DNA of 64,000 nt from Zancudomyces culisetae HAW-14-8 (lineage: Eukaryota > Fungi > Kickxellomycota), in assembly GCA_052426225.1 (NCBI GenBank), contig JBNJNM010000012.1, forward strand, positions 372,001 through 436,000, in the 5' to 3' direction. The notes beneath the pieces are model-generated. The model was not told the DNA's origin and made no database searches. It worked only from the letters and a program-made list of their open reading frames with translations. The first letter of the stretch is position 1. Every line of letters begins with the position of its first letter. Positions 22,935-36,405 of the stretch are shown in pieces. The translations under genes were made by a program, and so were the position numbers.

Positions 22935-25900
22935 TTACAGATAGTCTTTGCAAGTTAGTGAGTTGTACAAAAGTCCAGAAACAAACAATATGAGAGTTGT
23001 GGTTTTACCAAAATGTAAACTAGTTAAATATAAAGTGAATTTTTTGCGATTTATGCCCTGGTAGTGTTATTGCTGGTTTAATACTTGAATAAATAGTATA
23101 ATCCGCCCAAACATTCCAATTGAAAAATATCCAAAAGAAAAAACTGCAGCGAATAATCGTAAATCAATTGACCTTTTTGCCAATTTCAATGAGGAATGGG
23201 GAGGGGGGCGGTGGGTGGAAGGGTTTTTTAGTTTGTTGCAGCTGAAATGCTGCTTTTTTTCTGAGGTGCAATCAGCAGTTATCCTCCCTTTTTGTATATT
23301 GGCTGTGTGCACATGGTACAAGTTTTTATTGGTGTTCTGAAAAATAAACAGCCTTGTGGTAGTTGGTTCAGCTTCTAAACAAAAGCAGTTTAAACATGGC
23401 CTGCTCCTCTCCCAGGCTACATATATATATATTCCTGATGTTTTACGGACCGAGTATGTGATGTTGGGGGAGAGGAGGGAAACATTATGCACTGAATTTG
23501 TTGTCTATAAATTCACAAATATCCTTTGTATTACATTTATCTTTTAGAAAAGATACGTATAGATAATCGGTTATTAAAGACAATTAGTAACACTTTATCT
23601 GGAATTTGTATGGCTACACAGTTGGTCCATCCGTTTACTATGATAAACATCTACATAGTAAACACACATTTATATGCATGTATGTTAATGAATGTGTGTG
23701 TATTCTGCAGGGGTTTTTTCCGTTAATTTGTTGGAAAAATACAATATATGCACATTAATCCGACACGCATTCTAAATATACCGAGGATTAAAACCCGCGG
23801 GTATTGAACTAGCCATATATGCTACGTGGAACTAAATTGCGCCTGTGAAAGCGATACGTAATACTAACGGTCTCGCCTACCCACACTATTACGTTCTAAA
23901 TTCTGCTCAAGTGTATTTTTATCGTTTTACGTGCTTCCATATTTTCATGTATTCATATATCTACATCTCTGTTTTACACGTTTACGTATGAATGTTTAGC
24001 CAAAAATTATCTCTCTGTGGTATTATTGCCATACATTTGAGCTTTGTGTTTACAATTCCCAAACAGTCACCGAATAAAAGCTAAAAATGTGCTCAATTTT
24101 GGTATTTTATGGAAATGAGTCAAAAAAAAATACATGTACGAAGAATTCTTCCTCTTATCTACCATCTAAACAGCTAATCAGCGCCAGGTAAAAGGTGTAG
24201 CAGTATTCCTTTGCACGCCGTGCACACAGGTGGCGTTTTAGTCTTTATCATTTTTGGAATACAGTTGGTTTTCTTTTCAAAACAAAATGTAGAGAACAAA
24301 AGGATCGCATTCTAGCTAGGCCAAACCATCCAGTCAACCTCTCTTCACAAGTGTCTCTCTTTATAAACTCTCAAGAATGTTGAAAGCATTTTCCAGGCCT
24401 CTCTCTGCTTTGTTTATTTTTAATAAAAACAGGTATATCTTATTTGTTCTTGCTATTTGCAGTTGCAAGATAATCACAAAAAAAGAATCTTAAAAACCAG
24501 GAACTGCCAGTTCACCTTGTAGTATTATTGGTTAGTATAAGTTGGTAATCCCTGCCTGCCTATATACTGCTTAAGATTACTTTGTATATTTGCTGATTTT
24601 CCATGTGAATATTGTACAACAGAGGTATTACCCGCAAAACGATGTGATGCTGCATGACTCGAAGATATCCATTATACTAGGTGGGTTACGTGATGTGGGA
24701 GATAAAAAGAAAATTATCGGTTTGATTTCGTGGCAATTATATGCAAAACGGCAGAAATGGAATACAGTGACGCTTAGGCCGCAACCACAGAATACACTAA
24801 AGCATAGGGTGTTCTGCATCTAGGTACTTTTATAAATAAAATTAATATTGTGGTTCTCAGTGGAGAAAATGGAGACAACCATTATGGTAGCTGCCCAGAT
24901 TGTGGACAGGTAGGGGGGGGGGGCTTAGTTACGTTGACAAGTGACTTTTTTTCATGTATATTGTTTCGGTTTGAAAATACTCAGCTTTATGCGCTGCTTG
25001 ATACACGACAAAAACAACAGTGTGTTTTGCAGTAATTAAATTGGTCACATCACCATGCAACTTCGCATTAATATTAAATGAAGTCTGCACATCAAACAAA
25101 AATATGTGGTTGTAGCTCAAAGGCTTGAGTGTTGGTCTAGAGTCTATTAAAGATTGCCCTATTCATATAAACTTCTCCGCAGAACACTGGATCCACATAT
25201 TATGGTACTTTCCAGTTTTTCTGGTATTTACTCTCCCCCCCCTCCCAGTTTTCAATTTTCCAGATTTACTTGTTTTGCTATTTTTTTTCCAAAGTTAGCA
25301 GAAAATATCTAAAACCGCTCAGCTGAAATAAGAAAACCAGAAAAATGGCACCTGGTTTCTCTGGAACACGAATAGGCAAGACTATTGTGTATTTCAGGCT
25401 TACTTTCATAGTACATCTCAGTAGGTGATTTCAGTCATAAACTATCGAAGATAACACGCAGAATGAGTATTATTCTTCACATAAACTGTATTCACTCATA
25501 TAACACGGCCAAATCATTCATGGTATTGTAATAGAATCCACAAGGTTTGTAATGAATAGGGAATTCCCCAAAAACAAATGCAAAGCAGTTTGACTTTGGC
25601 AATATGATTAGCCCAATTAAGCTTTCAAGCTGATTAGCTAAACTCATCATTAATTCTTTTGAGCCAGACTGAAAATACTATTAATCCCCAATGGAATGTT
25701 GAGAATGTTATTGGAAAAATGCTAGAACGAAAAGCATTAAAACAACATTTCAGCAATTGAGCTACAAACTAATAGGACGAAATAAAATGCTGTGATGCTA
25801 TTGCTAAAATTGTGCAATCGATAAACTATCAGCTCAATCGTGGGCCCTTTGCTTTGCATTTTATCTTGTAACACTAATGTTTTTAGTATGCTTTTCAGCC

Positions 25901-26252
25901 GTATAAGGTAGCTACACAAATTGTGTGAACCCTGATAATGCTGATAATTCGCTCTTTTCTGCTCGCTTTTTCCCTTGACTTTTTTGATTTTCCATGTTTA
26001 ATTTAGGCTCAGCTTGTTTAAAAAAAATTTAATCTGCGCCCGCAGGAAACACTAAAAACACTTATAAAACCGACAATCAACTCTCTTGTATCTGTTTTGT
26101 TGTTTCGTTTTGTCTTATTCTTAACTAAATAAACTTTTCTATCTGCATCCTTTGGTTTTTTTTTTCAGAGGTAGAATTGCTAAGGACTAACTAAAAAGGG
26201 TCGAACAAAACATTTTTAGTTTGTAAAGAGTAAAAAAGGGATAAGTCTTAAA

Positions 26253-29216
26253 ATGGACAGATTTCCAAGGTAATCCACAAAAGCCACTTTTATATTTGTT
26301 ATAACCCTATACTTGTTCATATATTTGTATCAGCTTTTCACTTTAATCACTTAGATATTGGCTTTTTCTTTTTTTTTGTTAATGTAAACAGTGTATTTGA
26401 ACTATAACAATGGTATATATCAAAAATTAGGTCATCAATTATTCCAACGGTTGCTGCAGCTGGTGCGGTATTAGAGCATGAGCATGCATCTGCAGTACCA
26501 CCACTCAAGAGAGTACGCTCAGGTTCTGCTCTATTGGATCTTCTCTCTGGTGTTACAGACTTGCACAAGTACTCAACCAAGGAGAGCTCAAAATTCCAGA
26601 GCTATTGGCATAGGGAGCTCCCTAAGGGTAGGTTTTTTTTTTCTTAACCAATATCACTAGTAATCGCTTCTGGTTTCATTATTATTTGTGCTATACAGGA
26701 TTGCTTTGCACTACAAAAACCAATAACATATCTATTTACATGAAAGAGTAATAAATCAAATGAAAACTTCTTGGTTCAACCAAATAGATGAAAACTCCAT
26801 TGTTGACTGTGTTATCGCAATATTGGCAACAAGATTGTATAAGCAGCCATCAAACACAATGTCATGGGATATTTATTTGGCTTCGGCGTTTTCAATACAC
26901 GACAGACTTCTTCAAAGATGGACACTGACCAATGAACACCATGAGGCCATCCAAGCCAAAAGAATCAACTACATGTCTCTTGAGTTTTTGATTGGACGTA
27001 CACTTGATAATGCAATGCTTGCATTGGGACTAAGAAAAGAGTATGCAGGTGCACTGAAGCAATTGGGATATAATATGGAGGATGTAATCGATGAGGAGAG
27101 AGATGCTGCATTAGGAAATGGTGGTTTGGGTAGACTTGCAGCCTGTTATGTAGATTCACTTGCCTGTTGCAACTACGCAGGATGGGGATATGGTCTCAGA
27201 TACAAGTACGGAATGTTCCAACAGCAGATAATGAACGGATACCAAGTGGAAGCACCAGATTGTTGGTTGGAGCATTCCAATCCATGGGAGTTCCCACAAC
27301 CAGACATTACCTACAAAGTAAAGTTTTATGGTAACTCAAGAGCCCAAAACGAAGGAGAATTGGAAAAATACGTCTGGGAAAATGCAGTAGAATACGATGT
27401 TATGGCGTTTGATGTTCCAGTTCCAGGATTTGGAACACAAAACGTAGGAAACATAAGATTGTGGAGCTGCAAGACTAATAATCTGTTTGATTTTAACCGC
27501 TTCAACTCTGGCGATTATAACGGAGCAACCGCAAACGTTGTGGCTGCCGAGATCTTGACTGATGTGTTGTACCCCAATGATAACACCAACCAAGGAAAAG
27601 AGCTTAGACTCAAGCAGGAATACATGTTTGTATCTGCATCAATTCAGGACATTATCGCTCGATTCAAGCGAACAAACAAACCATGGTCTGAATTCCCACA
27701 GATGGAAGCCATCCAGCTTAACGATACACATCCAGCTTTGGGTGTTGCTGAGCTTCAAAGATTGCTGATCGATGAAGAGGGCTTGAAGTGGGATGATGCT
27801 TGGGAAATTGTGACCCACACGTTTGCATTCACTAACCACACAATTCTACCAGAGGCGTTGGAAAAATGGCCAACTGAAATGATGAGCAGATTGCTTCCCA
27901 GAATCATGAGCATTATATACGACATCAATCTTTTCTTCTTGCAGAAGGTTGCTGCCTCATTCCCAAATGACAGAGAGCTTTTGAGATCCACTTCAGTTAT
28001 CGAAGAATCATCACCACAACAGGCTCGTATGGCTCACTTGGCCATTGTTGGTTCTCACAAGGTGAACGGTGTGGCTGAAATTCACTCTGAGATTATCAAA
28101 GAGACTCTATTTAAGGACTTTGTCAAAATTTATGGACCAGACAAATTCATCAATAAAACAAACGGCGTTTCTCCAAGAAGATGGGTACACCAATGTAACC
28201 CCGAGCTTAGTGCACTTATAACCGAGGTGGTTGGTGACGAGTCGTGGGTAAACGACTACCGAAAGACTGCAATTTTGGAAAGCTATGTTGATGACAAGGA
28301 CTTCCGCAAGAGATGGTGGAATATCAAACAAACAAAGAAAGTACAGCTTGCCAAGTATATTCTTGATACCACAGGTATAACCGTAAATCCCAACTCAATG
28401 TTCGACATACAAGTGAAGCGTATTCACGAGTACAAGCGCCAGCTCATGAACATTGCAGGTGTTATTTACAGATACAGCAGACTCAAGGAAATGACTCCAG
28501 AAGAGCGCAGCGAGCAAGTTAACAGAGTAGTAATCTTCTCTGGAAAGGCAGCGTCAGGATACTACATAGCCAAATTGATCATTAAGCTTATCAATTCAGT
28601 GGCTGATGTTGTGAATTCCGATAAGGACATTGGAGACGCACTTAAGGTTGTGTTTATCCCAGATTACTGTGTTACAGCAGCCGAAGTTATTGTTCCCGCA
28701 AGTGATATTTCGCAGCACATCTCAACTGCCGGTACTGAAGCCTCAGGAACATCAAACATGAAGTTTGTTATGAACGGTGGAATAATTCTCGGTACTGTTG
28801 ATGGTGCAAACATAGAGATTGCACGTGAGGTTGGTGATGACCAGATATTTACATTTGGTGCTCTTGCACACGAGGTTGAGGATATCCGTTTCAACTTGCG
28901 CTACAACCCTTATCCACTTGATGAGTCTCTCAAAACCGTCATCAACACAATTAAGAGAGATGTATTTGGTGACCACAATGTATTTGCTCCTCTCAATGGT
29001 GTTATTAGTGGCGCTGGAGACAACTACCTTGTTTCCGTTGATTTCCCTTCATATATCATGGCACAAGATGCCCTTGATAATATTTACAAGGATAGAGATG
29101 CTTGGATCACAAAATCCATACTTTGTGCTGCAAGGATGCAAAAGTTCTCCTCTGATCGTGCCATTACAGAATATGCTGAGGAGGTATGGAATATTGAACC
29201 AGCTCCCGTTTCATAA
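26253..29216 (+). CDS. GPH1: Glycogen phosphorylase (GT35), 3 exons: 26253-26269, 26431-26627, 26788-29216
   Basis: LGNGGLGRLAAC, LYPND, ELRLKQEY, QLNDTHP, TNHT, VKRIHEYKRQ and the PLP-lysine motif EASGTSNMKF. Upstream exons MDRFPR|SSIIPT...RELPK splice in phase to DENSIV; the ORF-track start at 26760 is intronic. Confidence 0.96.
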
Positions 29217-29352
29217 GTTTATGTCTTCCGTTCTCGCCTTTCCATCTTTTTTTCATATATTTTATGTTTTCTTTTTATTTAAAGTTTATGACAACACTAC
29301 CTTTTAGGGTATACAAAGTTGAATAAATTCAGTCACGTGAAAAAGTTTGAAT

Positions 29353-29472
29353 TGGCTCAATTAGAGTTTTGAACCCATTACCTCAAGATTAACACACCAC
29401 GCCTTGCTCTCAACATAGTGAGACTAGTCCTACATCCTTTTCAACTCTGATCTATCAACTGAGCTCAAATAC
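29353..29472 (-). pseudogene. Degenerate tRNA (Lys-like halves) with a long insertion in the anticodon arm; tRNA pseudogene or tRNA-derived SINE head
   Basis: Minus strand: A-box/D-arm-like AGCTCAGTTGATAGA, a long spacer, then TTAATCTTGAGGTAATGGGTTCAAAACTCTAATTGAGCCA, resembling a tRNA-Lys 3' half with B box. Acceptor and T stems pair poorly. Confidence 0.5.
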
Positions 29473-32232
29473 TCTCACCTTTGCCGGACACATCATGACT
29501 GTTAATCACATTTGGGCCAATTTTCTCTATATAAAAACACTAAATGGTGTCATATTTAAAAGTAAGGCACTTTCCCACCTATCGCAACAGGTAACCAATC
29601 AGTCGTTTTAAGAAGGTAAATAATAAAAAAAGAGAAAAACACGTGGATGGTATGTATGTCTTTTCTTTCCCCCCTTTGTACCAAAAAAATCTCTTTTGTT
29701 ATTACAAACAAAAACATGAAGCTACACATTGTGAATTAATTGGTTATATACCTACACACGTAACTACTTTAAAAGACCTCCTGATTTTCTAGAACACATG
29801 AACGACGTCATGCATACACTCACCCCCTCCCTTTACCTTCCCAATTTTCTGGAAGTGTGAACACTTCCCCACGCCCACTTTTTTTTTTCATCCTCTCAGT
29901 AAGTATTAATATAAGGTACTAGAACCTCGGGTTTTATGAAATTTAATGCTCTGCTTTACACGAATACTTCTTAATCACGGACATGATGTTGGCAATGTTA
30001 ACATCATTTAATGTAATTACTCCACTCCTATATTTTTTTTTTCAATTTTCCCCCGTTCCATCAAACTACAACTATACATTGATTTACCTTGTTCCCATTT
30101 TTTGCTGTTGAGAATTTCATTTAGCAATTTGAGCCATAAGCCTTGATGTGAACGAAAAAAAAAAGGGAAAAGGGTGTGGGACCGAATATACACAATGTAA
30201 ATACAATACGCAGATAATTGGATATAGTTTGTAGCTGTTCTTTTGGGTTAGGTGTGATTATTTGATACAGTGTTTGCATGAAGTTACCTACACACATAAT
30301 TTTTCATCACTTCTTTCTTGTTGGTATTCACCCATTGTTTTTTCCAAGGAATTATCGTAATTTCCATTTTGAAATGCGTAGGCTCTTATAGTAGTGATAA
30401 TGCCATTCATATTTTTTAATAGCATTTATTTGCCAAACAAAAGTGTGCTTTTAATGTTGATGCTATCAACGTTCTTGGTATAGTCCACAACAAATATTAG
30501 ATTAGCAAATTCTACCCATACTACCTATTATTCCATTCACTGAGTTCAATGTTTGTATAATTCCCCCCACCTCAATCCTAAAAAAGAATAATGAACAGTG
30601 AGGAGGTGGAAGGGGGGGGGATGATTAATACACAGCTGCATGATTTATTTTTCCAGTATCTATTAGCACAGTGGGTGTCAAAGTCAGCCCACTCACGTGG
30701 CTTCAACTGTTAGTCATATTGCCAGAAGCATAAGCATATATTGTTCTGGACTTTTTTCCAGATGCGATTTGCAAGTAGAAACGAAATATTCGACAAAAGA
30801 TTCGTCATTAAGTGTTCTTTGTTATAAGGATATTGCGTTTTCCACTCACAAGCACAGCTCAAGTGACAAGCTTTAAATAAATGAACAAAGTGTTTCTGAG
30901 GCTTTTTTTTCGGTTGAAATGGCTGTTTACTCAATCATCTGCTCATTTCAAATAAAATAGAAAAAAAGAACCTATGAGGAGGTGTGTAATCTTGTTTCAT
31001 GACCATTAAGGGATAAGAAATTAAGAATTAGGAATACAAAGAAAACTTTGGCCTTTTCTCTAGTAATGCAAGAGGTTAAGAGATGACCCCTTTTTAAAAT
31101 ATCTCATCTTGCTAGGTATTGGTTGCACCTAGCATTTCGGTATTTTAGCAAAAAATCCCTGTTTTTGTTTGGATACGATTACAAATCAAATACTCCACAA
31201 CAAAGCGCTTGAATATAGCATCCAATTAGCGTTTGCTTGCCAAAAAAAACAAAAAACACAAGGTGTGGTAAAAAAAAAAGCTAGCATAGCGATACCTATT
31301 CTCGTGACCTTTTATTTCATGCCTTTTTCTTTCTCTTGGTAATGGTTTTACTAGGTGAAGTTGGGATTTCTTGAAAGTATGAAAGTGACCTATTAGCAAG
31401 GTTTGTTCAATAGCTAAGGAATTTCAGGTAAAAGTAATTTGATTATGTAAGGCTTCCAAAACAAAATGTAAAAAAGGAGGTAAAAATAACAACCCACTTT
31501 GGCAACCAAGAGATAACAAGGTCCTGGCCCGGGTTTATTCTTTTATTTGTTTCTGTCTGTCTTGGTTTATTTCCGTTTTTTTAATTTACCAATACAGAGA
31601 TTTTCACTTGGAAATTCTGCAAACATATTTTGTTTTCAGGAATTACATAACTCGGGATATTTCTGCGGATTCTAGGTGTTCCAAACATCTTTGAGCTTCC
31701 ATTTTCTTCCAAGATTACTAATTTACACCAACTACATTTACGTAGTCCAAAATTAGCAGCACAATATGGAGAAAAATACATACATTTTTGTTTGTATTGG
31801 AATGTAAAGTGTGCAGTTCCTTCTAGTTCAAATTTTAGAGGCAATAGAAAAAAGGGCAAAATAAGGCTCTTGATAATAATTCCCATTATCTTTCCCCCAA
31901 AAAAACACTTGCAAAAGAGCATTAAATTCACTTTTTACATCACCATTATTTCATTTTCACGTTTTAATTGCATGGAAAATTGAAAAATTTGAATGTTCGT
32001 TACGAAATAGCTTTTTAAATAGTACCATAAAGGATTTGCGAACTGAGGCTATCTTTTAAATACGACGAGGCTTGTACTTTGCTTCTCTTTTATTTTTGTA
32101 TCTTTATTTTCTTACACAGTCCTTATTTTTGTGCACAAAAGTGCTTTTATTCTTATACTATCGTACTTCAACGAACACTGATAATACATAAAATAGAAAT
32201 TTACTTTTTTTGTAGCTGAATTAAACAGAAAG

Positions 32233-32894
32233 ATGGAAAGAAATACAAATTCTCAAGTACCGTCAGAGTTTTGCTCTAACAATTGTGGGTTTTATGGGTA
32301 AGTTTTATTACAATTCAGCTATATGGTTTCTAGACAGTATTTCGAGTACAAAGATAAAAAACCAGTTTAAAAAAGTTATTCTAATGTATACTAACAAACG
32401 TTTTATTCTGAACTAATAGGAATCCCGCGTGTAACAACATGTGCTCCAAGTGCTTCAAAGAGTTTGAGGGTGAAAAACTAGACAACAATGCAGAGGGGAC
32501 TACAATATCTCCTGAAAATAGACCCTATGGGGATAGCAGTGCAGAATTGCGCAAGGTGATGAAAATCGATAGTGGACATATGACTACCCTGAGCAGTGCC
32601 AAACTGGCCGAGACCAGTTCAGAGATAGTTTCGCTTGTTAGCAAGAGAATAACCGAAACTAAACCACGTGTTGTAAAAGGAAGATGCTTCAAATGCAAAT
32701 CCAAAATACCTCTTGTAAAACAGACCACCAACAAGTGCAGATGCGAAAACGTGTTCTGCGATTCTCACAAATTCCCCGACCAACATGAGTGCGGCTTTGA
32801 TTTTCTGGAGCGTGATCGCAAGCAGATAGAGAAGAACAACCCTAAACTTAATGAACAACCCCGTGGTGGACGCAGCTTCACACGCATAGAATAA
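32233..32894 (+). CDS. A20/AN1-type zinc finger protein (ZFAND5/6, stress-associated protein family), exons 32233-32297 and 32420-32894
   Basis: A20 finger CSNNCGFYG|NPACNNMCSKC is split by a GTAAGT...TACTAAC...TAG intron. AN1 finger RCFKC...CRCENVFCDSHKFPDQHECGFDF. Confidence 0.92.
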
Positions 32895-34310
32895 AGGACT
32901 TTGTGCATATCACCTTGTGCGATGCAAAAGGACTGGACTTGTTTTTTTTCTTGGAATTTTGCATACTTAATTCTGATGGGCAAGTGATTATGGAAAAAGA
33001 GCGGGTGGATGTAGAATGAATGAGAGTGTGATACGGGTTGGGAAGAGGAGCCAGCTCGTAAAATTGATGGAACGGCTTCATTATGTATTTATTAACCTTG
33101 GGCATTGTCTCTTTATTTACTGTTTTGTTGTTTGGTGTGTAATATCAGGTGTTTCTAGATAGTACGATATGATCGTTGTTGTACCACCTTTGTGTCTACC
33201 TATTTTTTTTGTTCCTCTATACTGGAGTGGTAAAAGAAAAAAAGGAAGTTGGAGGGGAGGGAAGAAGGGAAGAGAGCCGGTTGTATTAGCTTATTCTAGA
33301 TTCATGTTTTTAGTTATTTTTATACGAGTTTATAGCATTATCAAAGATTTTCTTTCTCCCGTAGATTGGGATGCTTGGTTACATTCAAGAGAGATACCTA
33401 TTTAGAATAACAGGTATCTCGGATGTAGTGGATTTGTAGAGTGGTTCAGATTACTGATCGTTGCTTGTAACACTCATCAATGGTAACTTGTTGGCTTTTA
33501 TATTTTATTTTTATTAGGTTATATGTAGCGAGAAATAAATATGCTTTTCGTTTTATTACAAAGGTGGGGTTTGGTGTATCATGAACAAAATGTGAAGAGG
33601 AATGGGTGTGACGGGGAGGGTGATGGGTATGAAAAAGTAGAGATTGTATAAGAAGTTTATGACTATTTGGGGATACGAGGAGTTTGTAGGATAAGAGAAT
33701 ATGTGATATTTTTTTATAGAATAAATGTATTATTGATGGAATTTACCAGATATCCAGAGCATTACAATTACTATCAACTCCATTTTTGTTTTTTGGAGAG
33801 GGCTATCCATAGGATAAAAGAGGATAGAAAGTTTACAGTATATGTTTGAGCAATGGCGTAGAAACATAAATAATAGAGTTTACTAAAAGTTAGGATGAAC
33901 CGATTCACATAGATCCTAATGGAGTAAAGATGATGGAGGAAAAAAGAAGAGGAAAAAGAAAAAGGCAAATAGAAAACTTACACCATCGATAATTATGGAC
34001 ATATGGATTAGGCCCTTACTTTTTTCAAACTTGCATTAAATTTGCATTATATTATGTAATTGGTTGGAGTTTAAATTGCACAGAATGGTAAAGAAAGGTT
34101 GAGAAAAAGGTGTGGCTATGAAACATGTAGCATTTTCTAGTTGGCAGGCAAAATAGCAACAAAGTGCAAAAGCAAAAAGAAATAAATGCAAAACGGTTCA
34201 AAAATAAACCCAAACTTTTTCAATTCAATATATACTTGTAATTTTCTTTTTCAAGGGAAAAAAAGCAACATATAGGAAAGAAAAAAAAAAGAGCAAGAAA
34301 CTGTTGCAAG

Positions 34311-35576
34311 ATGAAGTTACTATCGTTAATAACACTTTCGACATTTACACTTTTGTCAACCGTTAGTGCAGCTGGTGATAAGGAATCAGCGCTAAAGAAG
34401 CTTGGAAACAGTGACTTTAATGAAGTGGTCCAAAAGGCGAAGCAAGGAGCATTGATAAAGTTTTTTGCACCATGGTGTGGACACTGCAAGCGCATGGCAC
34501 CAGATTATGAAGCTCTTGCAGAGAAATTTAAGGATACACCAGATGTGGTGATTGGTGAAGTAGACTGTGATGATAACAAGGATTTGTGTACCAAATATGA
34601 AATTCGGGGATACCCAACCGTGAAATGGTTCCCAAAGGGAGATATTAAAAATGGAGAAAAGTATGAAGAGGGTCGTGATTTGGATACCATGGCAGCATTC
34701 GTTAACAAAAATCTAGGAATTAGACCAAAGGCAGAGATTAGCAACATTGTAGAGCTACACGACTATAATTTCAAACAAGTTATCAACTCGGGCAAACACG
34801 TATTGGTTGAATTCATGGCACCATGGTGCGGACACTGTAAACAACTGCAACCAATATACAAGAAACTCGCTGACATATTTCATCCAGATAGCAAAAACGT
34901 AGTTATTGCACAAATAAACGGGGATTCGTACAGAGAGACAATCCAAAAATACGACATCAAGGGCTTCCCAACAATAAAGATGTTTACACCAGGAAGGGAG
35001 GACGAGCCAGTAGATTTTGACCAGGCACGAACATTGAAGGATTTGGTAACATTTGTCAATTTGGTTGCGGGTACATCAAGAACTGAGGAAGGTTTGTTGG
35101 ATGAGTCAGCTGGAAGAAACGATGTGATTGACGAACTGGCAGCCAAGTTTAGCGCCATGAAGGAGAAGCAAAGAGCATTTGCAATTGAAAAGGTAAAGGA
35201 AGTTTCCGAGAAGCTCAGCGGAGTATCCAAGATGATGGCAGAGTACTATGGCAAGGTTATGGAGAAGATGAGCAGCGATTCCAAGTTTGCAGCCAAAGAA
35301 CTCAAGAGACTTGGAGGAATTATCCAGAAGAGAGGAGTTTCACAAAAGATTTTGGATAACATGGTAGCAAGAACCAATGTATTGAAGGTGTTCATTGGCA
35401 AGATTAAGCCAGGTGCTGAGGCTGATGCCAGGGCTAAGGTTGAGGAGAAGCTTGAGGCTGAAAAGGAGAAGGAACAGAAGGAGGAACAGAAAGAGGAGGA
35501 GAAGAAGGAGGAGGAGGAACAGAAGGAGGAACAGAAGGAGGAACAAAAGGAGGAGGAGAAGAGAGCTGAATTGTAA
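34311..35576 (+). CDS. Protein disulfide isomerase, ERp38/TigA (a-a'-ERp29C) type
   Basis: Signal peptide, two APWCGHCK thioredoxin domains, a helical ERp29C-like domain (AEYYGKVMEK...ELKRL...RTNVLKVF), an acidic tail and C-terminal RAEL. Confidence 0.93.
   Translation: MKLLSLITLSTFTLLSTVSAAGDKESALKKLGNSDFNEVVQKAKQGALIKFFAPWCGHCKRMAPDYEALAEKFKDTPDVVIGEVDCDDNKDLCTKYEIRGYPTVKWFPKGDIKNGEKYEEGRDLDTMAAFVNKNLGIRPKAEISNIVELHDYNFKQVINSGKHVLVEFMAPWCGHCKQLQPIYKKLADIFHPDSKNVVIAQINGDSYRETIQKYDIKGFPTIKMFTPGREDEPVDFDQARTLKDLVTFVNLVAGTSRTEEGLLDESAGRNDVIDELAAKFSAMKEKQRAFAIEKVKEVSEKLSGVSKMMAEYYGKVMEKMSSDSKFAAKELKRLGGIIQKRGVSQKILDNMVARTNVLKVFIGKIKPGAEADARAKVEEKLEAEKEKEQKEEQKEEEKKEEEEQKEEQKEEQKEEEKRAEL
35470..35560 (+). 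repeat. Coding 12-nt repeat GAGGAACAGAAG (EEQK) in the PDI tail
   Basis: Imperfect tandem copies read directly. Confidence 0.75.
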
Positions 35577-36405
35577 ACCATGGCATATTTTGGGTGTAGG
35601 ATTGGGATATATGATTTACATGATTTTTTTAAATTGTTGGTGTTTTTGATCAACAAAATGATTAATTTAAAATTAATTTTCCAAATAAATGGGTTAAAAT
35701 TAAAAATAAATAAATAAAAAACTACGCGAAAATCAAGTTTTTTAAAAAAGAAAATAAAGGGAATCAATTATGGAGGTGATAAATTAGGGAAGGAGTAGGA
35801 AGAACAGGAAAAAAAAGAAAATATTTCATAATGATTATTCAATTTATTGATATTTCGGGCATTTTGAGTATTTGGAATTTCAGGCAGGAAAAAGAAAAAA
35901 AAATTTTTAATATGTAATAATAGTATCAAGATGTGATAAAAAGTGATAAAATATAATAAAAATAAATAAACAATATTGTCACCAAAAAAAAAAAAAGAGA
36001 GAAAAAAGGAAACACGATAATTCAAGTTGTTTATGTTTGTTTAATTTTTTAGGGCAAAACTTTAACAGTTAGTTTGTGAGAAGGTAGAATTACAAAAATA
36101 ATTAATTTTGGATTTATAGGCAGATATATCAAAAGACAAAAAATAAATAAATAAAATAAACAGTGTAAAGTGGAATAAATCCTAAAAAATAAAGATTTAG
36201 AAGCAAAAAAAAAAGTGAAAAAGAAAAAAAAAACAAGAAGGGTAGAGAAATAAGGAAAAGGATAGAAGAACAAACTCGAGATTTTTCAATAGTTAAAACA
36301 AAGACAAAGGACAAAAACAATTACCGAACATAAAAGAAGGTAGAGAAGAAAAGAAAAGAAAAGAAAGGAAAAGAAAAGAGAAAAAAAAAACTGATCAAGG
36401 CAAAC

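Noticed and set aside
23200-25245. AGGGG/CCCCT (STRE-like) motifs upstream of GPH1
   Set aside because: They fall in G/C homopolymer runs that are common throughout the window.
33391-33420. 9-bp inverted repeat GAGATACCT/AGGTATCTC
   Set aside because: Isolated and short, with no transposon or ncRNA context.
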